Of a stretch of 64,000 bases of DNA, positions 50,542-59,464 are shown one piece after another. Position 1 is the stretch's first letter. The number at the start of each line of letters is the position of its first letter. Under the pieces are notes generated by a model. The model did no database searches and was not told the DNA's origin. It saw only the letters and a program-made list of their open reading frames with translations. The stretch is taken from positions 32,001 through 96,000 of the forward strand of contig JANNVQ010000014.1 of assembly GCA_031414535.1 (NCBI GenBank), given 5' to 3'. Source of the stretch: Gemmatimonas sp. (lineage in GTDB: Bacteria > Gemmatimonadota > Gemmatimonadetes > Gemmatimonadales > Gemmatimonadaceae). The position numbers and the translations under genes were made by a program.

Positions 50542-53258
50542 TGTATCACCTCAGCATTGGGCGTAACGCGATTCTCGCGGCCGCACTCGTGGCGGCCGCT
50601 TCAATTCCGCTGGCGGCGCAGGCGCCAGTGGTGACGAAGGTTGATCCGCCAAGCTGGTGGCCGTCGTCTACCGTGAATCCTGTGCGCGTGATGATCCGCG
50701 GGCAGCATCTTGCGGGCGCGAGACTCGAATGCCCACGCCTCCGCTGCACCAACGTCTCGGTCAATGCGACCGGGACGTATGTGTTTGCGGATGTCGAGAT
50801 TCCGGGCGCGGCAACGCCTGGGCGCTACCCGCTGCGGGTACGCACGGCGGCAGGCAGCGCCGATGCAAGCTTCGAGATTTTTGCTCGGGTACCATCCGCT
50901 GGCAATTATCAAGGCTTCGGTTCGCAGGATGTGATGTACCTGCTGATGCCCGATCGCTTTGCCAACGGCGATACGGCCAACGACAATCCGGCGGCCTCGC
51001 GCGGACTGCTTGATCGTAGCAAGGCGCGTTACTACCACGGCGGCGACCTCGCCGGCGTGCGGCAGCGGCTGCCCTATCTGAAGGAGTTGGGGATCACGAC
51101 GATTTGGATGAACCCCATCTACGATAACAACAACCGACTCAACGAGCGCGAGACCTATGATGGCCAAGCCATCACCGACTACCACGGCTACGGCGCGACT
51201 GACTTCTATGCAGTAGAAGAGCGTTTTGGCGATATGGCCGCGCTACGGCAGTTGGTACGCGACGCGCATGCGCAGGGTATCAAGATTGTGTACGACCTCG
51301 TGGCCAACCACACGGGCCCGTATCACCCGTGGGTACAAGATGCGCCGACGCCGACGTGGTTCCACGGCACGCAGGAGCGCCATCTCAACAACACCTGGCA
51401 GACGTGGGCAATTGCGGATCCGTACGCCGCGCCGGCGGTGACTGAAGCCACACTGGATGGATGGTTCCTTAACATTCTCCCGGACCTCAATCAGGACGAC
51501 CCCGAAGTCGCCAAGTACATCATCCAAAACACGCTCTGGTGGATGGCCATCACCGGCGCCGACGGCATCCGTCAGGATACTTGGCCCTACGTGCCGCGGC
51601 GCTTCTGGCGCGAGTGGATGGCGGCTATCAAGCGCGAGTTCCCGAACACGAGAGTGGTCGGCGAAGTCTTTGATGGCGACGCGGCGGTGGTCGCGTTCCA
51701 CGAGGGTGGTCGCCCCAGTTGGGACGGCATTGATCCCGGCGTAGATGCGCTGTTTGACTTCCCGCTCTTCTATGCTTTCCGCGAAGCCTTTGCGCGGGGA
51801 CGCTCCGTGCGCGCCATGCCTCAGCAGCTCGCGCGTGACCGTCTGTACCGCTCACCCGGCTCGATGGTCACCTTCATCGGCCTGCATGATGTAGATCGCT
51901 TCATGAGCGAGCGAGGTGCTACGATTGCTGGCCTCAAGCTGGCCTACACGGCAATGTTTACTCTGCGTGGCACGCCCCTCGTGTACTACGGCGATGAGAT
52001 TGCCTTGGCAGGGGGTAGCGATCCCGACAACCGCCGCGACTTCCCCGGCGGATTCTCCAGTGACCCGCGCAACGCCTTCACCGCAGCAGGACGCAACGCC
52101 GAGCAGGAGAGTGTGCACGCCCACGTCCGGCGCCTCGCCGCGCTACGCGCCAGCCACGCCGATCTACGCAGTGACTCAATGCAGACTCTCGTGGCCGGCG
52201 AACAACTTTGGGTGTACCGGCGCGGTGGCTTCATTGTGGCCATCAACAACGACACGCTGCCAGTGACAGCGCGGATGCCTGTGGCGCGTCTGGATGCTGA
52301 TCTGATGGGCATTTGCGGCGCGCCTCGCGCAGGCGGCACCGGCTCGGCCGTAGATATTCCTGCGCGCAGCGGCTGCATTCTGCCTGTACGTGCGCTGCAG
52401 ATGCCTGGACCGTCTTTGGGCGTGACCGGCAAGCGGATTGTGGTCCCGAGCTTTGGGTCTCGTCACGTGGCTGCGCGGAACGTCGAGATTTGGCTGCCAC
52501 CTGGCTACGAGGCGGATACAGCGCGATATCCAGTGTTGTATATGCACGACGGCCAGAACGTCTTCGATCCTTCCACCTCCTCCAGTGGCGTGGACTGGGC
52601 AGTGGACGAAGTGATGACCAGTCTGATCGCCCGCGGAGAAGTCCGTCCTGCCATCGTCGTAGCCTCGTGGAACTCGCCACAACGAGTCTTTGAGTATATG
52701 GCTGCCAAAGCCATTCCTCTTGGCCAAGACAGCATCAACACGGCGCAAGGTCGTCGCGCTGGCAATTGGATCGGCGACAAATACCTGCAGTTCCTCGTGG
52801 ACGAGCTGAAGCCATACATCGACGCGCAGTATCGTACGCGGACTGGTCGCGCCGACACTTTCGTGATGGGCTCGAGCATGGGCGGCATTGCATCGCTCTA
52901 TGCAATCGCTGAGTATCCGCAGGTCTTTGGCGCGGCAGCGGCAGTGAGCACGCATTGGCCCATCGGTGATGGGGTAACGCTCGACTACCTGCGCAGTCAC
53001 ATGCCAGACCCCGCCACGCATCGCCTGTACTTGGATATCGGGACGGCCACGCTCGACTCACTCTACCCGCCCTACCAGCGCCGTGCCGATGAAATTCTAA
53101 GACAGGCGGGCTACCGGCAGGGCGTGAATCTGCACTCGCAGGTCTTTGAAGGCGAGGAGCACAACGAACGCGCTTGGCGCGAGCGCGTAGACGTGCCGCT
53201 GAAGTTCCTTCTCGCCCCAGCTCGTCCTACACCGCGCGCCAGCGGGCGCCGCGACTAG
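50541..53258 (+). CDS. Secreted GH13 cyclomaltodextrinase/neopullulanase-like enzyme fused to a C-terminal alpha/beta-fold esterase
   Basis: Signal peptide; KVDPPSWW N-domain; MPDRFANGD, HGGDLAG, YHGY, DGIRQDT, GEVF, LHD; then YPVLYMHDGQN, GSSMGG and EHNERAW esterase motifs. Confidence 0.9.
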   Translation: MYHLSIGRNAILAAALVAAASIPLAAQAPVVTKVDPPSWWPSSTVNPVRVMIRGQHLAGARLECPRLRCTNVSVNATGTYVFADVEIPGAATPGRYPLRVRTAAGSADASFEIFARVPSAGNYQGFGSQDVMYLLMPDRFANGDTANDNPAASRGLLDRSKARYYHGGDLAGVRQRLPYLKELGITTIWMNPIYDNNNRLNERETYDGQAITDYHGYGATDFYAVEERFGDMAALRQLVRDAHAQGIKIVYDLVANHTGPYHPWVQDAPTPTWFHGTQERHLNNTWQTWAIADPYAAPAVTEATLDGWFLNILPDLNQDDPEVAKYIIQNTLWWMAITGADGIRQDTWPYVPRRFWREWMAAIKREFPNTRVVGEVFDGDAAVVAFHEGGRPSWDGIDPGVDALFDFPLFYAFREAFARGRSVRAMPQQLARDRLYRSPGSMVTFIGLHDVDRFMSERGATIAGLKLAYTAMFTLRGTPLVYYGDEIALAGGSDPDNRRDFPGGFSSDPRNAFTAAGRNAEQESVHAHVRRLAALRASHADLRSDSMQTLVAGEQLWVYRRGGFIVAINNDTLPVTARMPVARLDADLMGICGAPRAGGTGSAVDIPARSGCILPVRALQMPGPSLGVTGKRIVVPSFGSRHVAARNVEIWLPPGYEADTARYPVLYMHDGQNVFDPSTSSSGVDWAVDEVMTSLIARGEVRPAIVVASWNSPQRVFEYMAAKAIPLGQDSINTAQGRRAGNWIGDKYLQFLVDELKPYIDAQYRTRTGRADTFVMGSSMGGIASLYAIAEYPQVFGAAAAVSTHWPIGDGVTLDYLRSHMPDPATHRLYLDIGTATLDSLYPPYQRRADEILRQAGYRQGVNLHSQVFEGEEHNERAWRERVDVPLKFLLAPARPTPRASGRRD

Positions 53259-56200
53259 AACACGCAGCCACCGCGGGCTGGCAACTCAATAACCGTTGCA
53301 TCACCCTCCAGCCGCGCTCGGGCACAAGCCCCGAGCGCGGCTGCTGCATTGAGCCTGAGTCCAGGGACACGGATGGTTACAGCCGCGTTGGCATTATTGA
53401 GCGCCACGACCGTTGCCCCGCGCCGATACACAAATTGTTGTGCGGCCACGAAGAGGTGCTCCATAGGAGCTCGGCGAAGATCTGGACGTGCCTCGCGCAA
53501 CGCCGCCAATGCTTCGAGATGCGAGTAGATGCGCTGCTCATCGCTAGTCCGACCGCTCGCCGAGAAGGCATCGCGTGTATCGCCCGGGAAGCCGCCAGGG
53601 AAGTCACGGCGGTTATCCGGGTCACCGCCGCCGGTCATACCAATCTCATTGCCATAGTAGAGCTTAGGAATGCCACGTACCGTGTACAGGAAGGTGTAAG
53701 CGAGGAGCAGGCCGTCCGTGGTGGCTGTTGAGTCCCACGGAAGACGCGGCATATCGTGATTCTCGAGGAAGGTCACGAGACGCTCAGGATGGTTGTAGAG
53801 CCTGTCCTGCGCGAGCACCTGAGCCAGTTGACGAATCTCCTCGCCACGCGCAAACACGCGCCGCGACGCTGCCTGAAGCGGGAAGTCAAAGAGTTGGTCC
53901 ACACCGGTGACGATGCCATCGGCGGGCTGGTGCGTGCCTTCAAAGAAGGCCACTGTCGCAACGTCCTCGCTCCAGAGCTCCCCGACCACGGTCAGGGCTG
54001 GGTACTCGCGCTTGAGCGCCGCCATCCAAGGACGCCAGAACCGGCGATGCACATAGGGCCAGGTGTCCTGCCTGAGCGCATCAGCGCCGCTGACGCCCAC
54101 CCACCAGAGTGAGTTCTGAATGAGATAGCGCTCAACCTCTGGGTCGTCCTGATTGAAGTCAGGCAGGATATCCGCAAACCATCCGCGCAAAGTGGAGTCC
54201 TGCACGGCCGCGCTCGCCCGCGAATCCGTGAGTGATTCCATCTTCCAGTTGTTAGGCAGATGCCGCGCGAGCGTTCCGTTGTACCAGGTTGGCGTCGGCG
54301 GGTCATTGGCCCACACGTGCTCGGGCCCCGTGTGATTGGCCACTTGGTCGAGCATAATCTTTATGCCAGCCGCGTGGGCGTCATCCACGAGGCGACGCAA
54401 AGAGGCAAGATCGCCAAGATGCTCATCCACGGAGTACAGGTCCGTCGCACCGTAGCCGTGATAGTCCGTGTATGGACGACCAGTCTCCGGCAGGCGCATC
54501 CGATGCGCCACCGTATCAACGTTGTCGTAGAGCGGCGTCATCCAGATGGCGGTCACGCCGAGCCGACGTAAGTGCGGCAGTCGCTGGCGCAGACCTTCGA
54601 GGTCACCGCCGTGGTAGGCTTTGGGGTCGCGACGGTCGTACATGCCGCGCGAGCGCGTGGGGTCGTTGTTGGTCGTGTCGCCGTCAGCAAAGCGATCCGG
54701 CATCACGAAGTAGATGAGGTCGTCGGCGCCGATGCCGGCAAACCGGCTTTGACGCTCCAGCGGCTGACTGACCATGAAATCGAAGGTCGTGCGGCCGCCC
54801 GCTGTTTCGAGGCCGATGGCATGCGTTCCCACGAGCGCCGCCGCACCAGGCGTGGGAATCTCCACATCGGCAAACACATACGTGCCGCTCTCACTCACCC
54901 GCACGTTCGAACAGCGCAGCGGTGCGCAGGAGAGCTGCGCGCCCTGCAGGTCGCGCCCACGCACGAGGATGCGCACGGGATTCACCGAATGGCCCAGCCA
55001 CCAGTTGGGTGGCTCCACCTTCACCACACTTGGAGCTGCAACAGGCGTCGGCTTGATTCTCGTCAGGCGCACCTCGCGCACGATGGTCTCGTTCAACGCC
55101 CCATTCATATTGCGGTCGCTAGGCGTATACGCGAGCGCGAGTTCGTGAACGCCCTCGGAGAGCGTCGCCACAGCCGAGGTGCTCCAGCCAAACTCGCTCC
55201 AGTTCCCTGCCCCGCGCTGCGGCATCACCAACACGCCGGCACGCACGCCATCCACGAATAGAGACCGGATGGCGGCTTTGTCCTCGGTGTTGATGGGGCC
55301 ATTGCCGTTAGCATAGAAGGCCTCAATGGCATAGCGCCCCGCTGATGGAACGCGGACTTCAAGTCGCAGACGATTCGAATCAGCTGCGCTTAGTCGCTGT
55401 ACAGCGGCCGCTACGGCAATGCGCAGCTCCGCACTCGGCGAGAGCAGGCGAAGCGGCTCGCTAGGGAAAGAGACGAGGCCGCTCTCCGCAACCGCCACGA
55501 CCTGCACTTCATCCAACATATCAGTCGCGCGCAGACGAATGCGCGGCTCTGGATATAGGTGGCTGCCCAGCAGCGAGGTGCCATTCCGCAGCACGCGGTA
55601 GCCCACAGCCCCTTCCACTGGGGGCCACTCAATCACGGCGGTATCGCCCCGCATCGCCACGATGCCTGGTTGCATCGGCGTATCAGGCGCCACCGCTGCC
55701 GCTACAATCCCGACCGTATCTTGAGGCCAACGGCCGTTCAGTTCCACCTCTAAGATCTGGTTGCCGCGTCTGTCGGCGGGAATCTCCGCATACGCCACAG
55801 GCGCGCCGTTCAGTGTGGCTCGCGCCACCGCATCACCGAAGCCACGCACAATGACCGTCACATCAGCACCGCGATACCGTAGCCCGCTCAGTCGGCGCTC
55901 TCCAGCATAAGCGGGCGGCACCATCGGTCGAATGGCCAAACTATTTTCCGCGGCGCGCAGCCCAAACAGCACGCGGTACTGCACGGCCAATTGCCCACCC
56001 ACACTCCACAGCTGGCGGTCGGAATTCAGCGCCGTGCCCTCAAAGTGGCCAGTGGCCGCGACGAGGTTCTCCTTGTTGGTAAGGAAGAGCGCCGCCGAGC
56101 GCACCGTGGTGGCAATGCCGTGCTCTACCGTTGAGCCGTGCCCGGCCTCTGCGCCCGCCCACATCCAATAGGCCCCCACAAAGGGCCAGATGCTGCCGTT

Positions 56201-57745
56201 GTGATAATTCGGAACACCGGGGATAAACGGATAGAGCGTCGGCACACCAAAGGGCATCAGCGGTGCCTGCGCGAGCACACTCGCACGATCCTCACGCGCC
56301 GTAGCGCCAGTGAGCATCGCCATCGCCTCGCCCAAAGCTTCAAACCGCTCACTCGGCGCACTCGTTACCGCTGAAAGCCGCGTAGCAATGAAGGGGTGAT
56401 GACGCGACGCCGACTCATCCCACAACCATCGGCGCATACCCGCGCGGATGGTATCAGCCTCCGTTTCCCATCCGCGAACGGTTGACGAGGGCAGAGCCAT
56501 CGCCCGCGCCATGCGTGCGAGCACCTGCCTCGCACCAAGATGCACGGCGTTCGTACCGAGGGCGGGTGACGCTGCGATGTCGGCCGGCTGCATCCAGCGT
56601 GGATAGCTCTGTTCACGCCAATCGAGAAAGCTCGACTCACCACGAACCAAACCGGTACTCGCATCCCAGGCGGTTTGACGGTCCGCCGTCACGGAGCGCT
56701 CAATGACCGCATACGACTCGCGCAGCCACTCACCATCGCCCGTCACAGCGTACAGTTCCCACGCCGCGAGCGCCCAAGTGAGACGATCTGTGCTAATCGG
56801 CCAGGAGCCACCGGTACCGGTGTCTTGGATGATTCTGCCCGTAGCATCAACCTTGGCACGAAGGCTGGCCTTCACGGCATCCGGCGCCACAAAGGGGAGG
56901 CCGAGCAGAGTCGCGAGCGCGACGTCGCGCGTCCACACACCCGGCCATTTGGCGCCCGCTGCGAGCGCCGCGTCAGGCCGTATCAGCTGCGCCAACTCAT
57001 CCAGCGACAAACGATACAACGCGTCCAGCAGCGGTTGATTGGAAGTGAGCTGAGGTCCCCATGCTGCAGCCTTGGGCGTCCACACTGCCTGACCTCGGCG
57101 ATTCACGGGCCGTAAGAACTCTGTTGCAAACTCGAGCGTGGTCTCGTAGATGCCATCGCCATCACGGTCCGTGAGGTCGCGTGCCGTGCCAGCCGCCACA
57201 CTGTTGATGTCCCACGCGAACGGATCCGTGTCGCCAATGACCGTGACACGCTCAATGCGTGTGAGCGTATCGCCACGCGGCGTCACGTAGCTCCCCGTGC
57301 GAGCAATGGCGTCCTTGGCGGCGCGCAGATCGAGGCGGATGCTCACACGCGCTTGGGCGGCCGCGGCCTGCGGCGCCATCACTGGCTCGGGCAGGCTTGG
57401 GCGCGGAGGCACACCAAACACGTAGCCGGGCGTGACGACCACACCGCGCTGCGGACGCAGGTTGATGGTGTGCTCGATGCCGGGCGGGAACTCGTTGTCG
57501 CGGCCGTTCAATGCAAACTTGAAGTGCACCTCACGCGCCGCCCGGGGATAGGTGGCGAGGATCTGCTCGCGCCCAACGGCCGTCGCGCGGAAGGGACCTT
57601 GGCGAACCTCCGTAGCGCTCAGCTCGAAGGCGTCCGACTTATAGAGAACCTGTGCCGCCAGGCCGCTGCCCGTCGCGATAAGCGCCACAGCCAAACAGGC
57701 GGCGCGCCGCGCTAGCCGTCTCCCCGTCACCAGAGCCTCGTGCAT
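53255..57745 (-). CDS. Secreted multidomain glycosidase: six-hairpin (GH63/MGH1/amylo-1,6-glucosidase-like) domain + Fn3/CBM-like modules + GH13 cyclomaltodextrinase-like domain
   Basis: WPGVWTRDV, QDTGTGGSWPISTDR, ESSFLDWREQ, YHNGSIWPFV; IEWPPVEGAVGYRV; YANGNGPINT; then KVEPPNWW, MPDRFADGD, DALRQDT, GELW, NHD; start ATG 57745. Confidence 0.85.
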   Translation of the reverse strand: MHEALVTGRRLARRAACLAVALIATGSGLAAQVLYKSDAFELSATEVRQGPFRATAVGREQILATYPRAAREVHFKFALNGRDNEFPPGIEHTINLRPQRGVVVTPGYVFGVPPRPSLPEPVMAPQAAAAQARVSIRLDLRAAKDAIARTGSYVTPRGDTLTRIERVTVIGDTDPFAWDINSVAAGTARDLTDRDGDGIYETTLEFATEFLRPVNRRGQAVWTPKAAAWGPQLTSNQPLLDALYRLSLDELAQLIRPDAALAAGAKWPGVWTRDVALATLLGLPFVAPDAVKASLRAKVDATGRIIQDTGTGGSWPISTDRLTWALAAWELYAVTGDGEWLRESYAVIERSVTADRQTAWDASTGLVRGESSFLDWREQSYPRWMQPADIAASPALGTNAVHLGARQVLARMARAMALPSSTVRGWETEADTIRAGMRRWLWDESASRHHPFIATRLSAVTSAPSERFEALGEAMAMLTGATAREDRASVLAQAPLMPFGVPTLYPFIPGVPNYHNGSIWPFVGAYWMWAGAEAGHGSTVEHGIATTVRSAALFLTNKENLVAATGHFEGTALNSDRQLWSVGGQLAVQYRVLFGLRAAENSLAIRPMVPPAYAGERRLSGLRYRGADVTVIVRGFGDAVARATLNGAPVAYAEIPADRRGNQILEVELNGRWPQDTVGIVAAAVAPDTPMQPGIVAMRGDTAVIEWPPVEGAVGYRVLRNGTSLLGSHLYPEPRIRLRATDMLDEVQVVAVAESGLVSFPSEPLRLLSPSAELRIAVAAAVQRLSAADSNRLRLEVRVPSAGRYAIEAFYANGNGPINTEDKAAIRSLFVDGVRAGVLVMPQRGAGNWSEFGWSTSAVATLSEGVHELALAYTPSDRNMNGALNETIVREVRLTRIKPTPVAAPSVVKVEPPNWWLGHSVNPVRILVRGRDLQGAQLSCAPLRCSNVRVSESGTYVFADVEIPTPGAAALVGTHAIGLETAGGRTTFDFMVSQPLERQSRFAGIGADDLIYFVMPDRFADGDTTNNDPTRSRGMYDRRDPKAYHGGDLEGLRQRLPHLRRLGVTAIWMTPLYDNVDTVAHRMRLPETGRPYTDYHGYGATDLYSVDEHLGDLASLRRLVDDAHAAGIKIMLDQVANHTGPEHVWANDPPTPTWYNGTLARHLPNNWKMESLTDSRASAAVQDSTLRGWFADILPDFNQDDPEVERYLIQNSLWWVGVSGADALRQDTWPYVHRRFWRPWMAALKREYPALTVVGELWSEDVATVAFFEGTHQPADGIVTGVDQLFDFPLQAASRRVFARGEEIRQLAQVLAQDRLYNHPERLVTFLENHDMPRLPWDSTATTDGLLLAYTFLYTVRGIPKLYYGNEIGMTGGGDPDNRRDFPGGFPGDTRDAFSASGRTSDEQRIYSHLEALAALREARPDLRRAPMEHLFVAAQQFVYRRGATVVALNNANAAVTIRVPGLRLNAAAALGACARARLEGDATVIELPARGGCVF

Positions 57746-57764
57746 CAACTTCTCCGCGTTGTAA

Positions 57765-59462
57765 TCAGCGATTGTTTGGCAATTGACTGGCCCAGCTGGC
57801 TGCGGCCGGCCCAATGATGACATGAACCACGCCAGCCTCGAGACGCTGCACGGCGCGCGCGCCAAGCAGTAACAGCGCAGGTTCGTCGAGCCGGCTCGTA
57901 TCCTTCATACGGACCCGCAGGCGCGTATGCGCCACTGCGTCTGCGCCGGCCACATTGTCGGCGCCACCGAGCGCGGCGTAAAGCTCGTGAGCCGAGGGCA
58001 GCTCGGCAGATGGCGCCTTGGCCATCGCCGCCGCCATCTCATGCTTCAGCTGCTCGGAGCGCGTTCCAAACACTGCCTGCACTCCTCCGGCCGTCTTCAG
58101 CACACCCGAAGCCCCGAGCCCGCGCAGGGCGGCATCGTTTGCCTGCGCTGGATCGTGGAGTTCAATACGCAAGCGCGTAATGCAAGCGTCCAAGCTCTTA
58201 ATGTTGCCCGCGCCTCCGAAGGCCGCCACGAGACGCTGGCCCATAGAACCGCTCGCCGGTACATCAGTAGCCGTAGCGCCTTCCCCTGCTGGTGCCTCGG
58301 CTTCTCGACCCGGCGTCTTGTAGTCGCGTGCCACAATGACGTAGCGGAAAATCACATAGTAGAGCAGTGCGTACAGCGGCCCGAGCCACAGCAGCCACCA
58401 CCCACGCTGCGAATTGGGATACAACACGACGAAGTCAATCAAGCCGTGCGAAAACGTGGTGCTGTGGTGAATGTCAAGCAGCACCGCAATCACATAGGCC
58501 GCGCCGGCCAAGACAGCGTGAATGACGTACAGCAGCGGCGCGACGAAGAGGAAGGAGAACTCAATCGGCTCGGTGATACCCGTGAGGAAGGACGTCATCG
58601 CCGCAGAAATCATGATGCCGCCGACCTTGGCGCGATTCTCTGGACGTGCCGTCCGCCACATCGCCAGCGCCGCGGCGGGTAACCCCCACATCTTGAAGAG
58701 GTACCCACCCGCCAGATTGCCAGCCGTCGGGTCACCAGAGGTGAACCGATAGATTTCGCCGCGAATTGTGTTGCCAGTGGCGGGATCTAGGTAGCTGCCC
58801 ACTTCAAAGAAGAAGGGCGCGTTCCAGATGTGATGCAGGCCAAAGGGAATGAGGCCTCGCTCAACAAGTCCGTAGAGGCCGAAGGCCGTAGCCGGACTTC
58901 CCGTCGCCGCCCAATGTGAGAAGCCGTCAATCAATCGGCCAATCGGAGGCCACACGAAGGCCATCGCGAGGCCCGTAAACACCGCCGCAAAGGCCGTCAG
59001 AATTGGGATCAGTCGTGAGCCGGAGAAGAATCCCAGCCAGGTCGGCAACTGTGTACGAGAGTAGCGCTGATACAGAAAGCCAACCACGGCACCAATCACG
59101 AGTCCGCCAAACACACCGGTCTCGATGCTGGGCATACCGATGATCATCTTGGGCTCGTAACCCACAAACGGCGCCATCACGCCCATAGTGGCCACAAGCA
59201 CTGCGAATCCCACCACTGCAGCCAAGGCTGCGGCGCCTTCACCCGCCGTAAGGCCTAAGGCCACGCTCACCGCAAAGATGATGGGCAAGTTGCCGAAGAT
59301 TGCGCCGCCTGCTCGTGCCATCACATCGCTGACGACGACCGGCAGCACGGCGAACTTGGCAGAACCCACGCCCAGAAGGATGCCAGCCGCCGGGAGCACG
59401 CTCACCGGCAACATCAACGACTTCCCAATCTTCTGCAGGATATTGAATGTGGTACGCCACAT
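57765..59462 (-). CDS. ptsG: PTS glucose-family EIICB with a second, degenerate EIIB domain
   Basis: LQKIGKSLMLPVSVLPAAG, PFGLHH, FLTGITEPIEF, TFSHG, KTPGRE linker, LDACITRLR, then a second LGGADNV...DAVAHTRLRV unit; start ATG 59462. Confidence 0.9.
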   Translation of the reverse strand: MWRTTFNILQKIGKSLMLPVSVLPAAGILLGVGSAKFAVLPVVVSDVMARAGGAIFGNLPIIFAVSVALGLTAGEGAAALAAVVGFAVLVATMGVMAPFVGYEPKMIIGMPSIETGVFGGLVIGAVVGFLYQRYSRTQLPTWLGFFSGSRLIPILTAFAAVFTGLAMAFVWPPIGRLIDGFSHWAATGSPATAFGLYGLVERGLIPFGLHHIWNAPFFFEVGSYLDPATGNTIRGEIYRFTSGDPTAGNLAGGYLFKMWGLPAAALAMWRTARPENRAKVGGIMISAAMTSFLTGITEPIEFSFLFVAPLLYVIHAVLAGAAYVIAVLLDIHHSTTFSHGLIDFVVLYPNSQRGWWLLWLGPLYALLYYVIFRYVIVARDYKTPGREAEAPAGEGATATDVPASGSMGQRLVAAFGGAGNIKSLDACITRLRIELHDPAQANDAALRGLGASGVLKTAGGVQAVFGTRSEQLKHEMAAAMAKAPSAELPSAHELYAALGGADNVAGADAVAHTRLRVRMKDTSRLDEPALLLLGARAVQRLEAGVVHVIIGPAAASWASQLPNNR

Positions 59463-59464
59463 AC

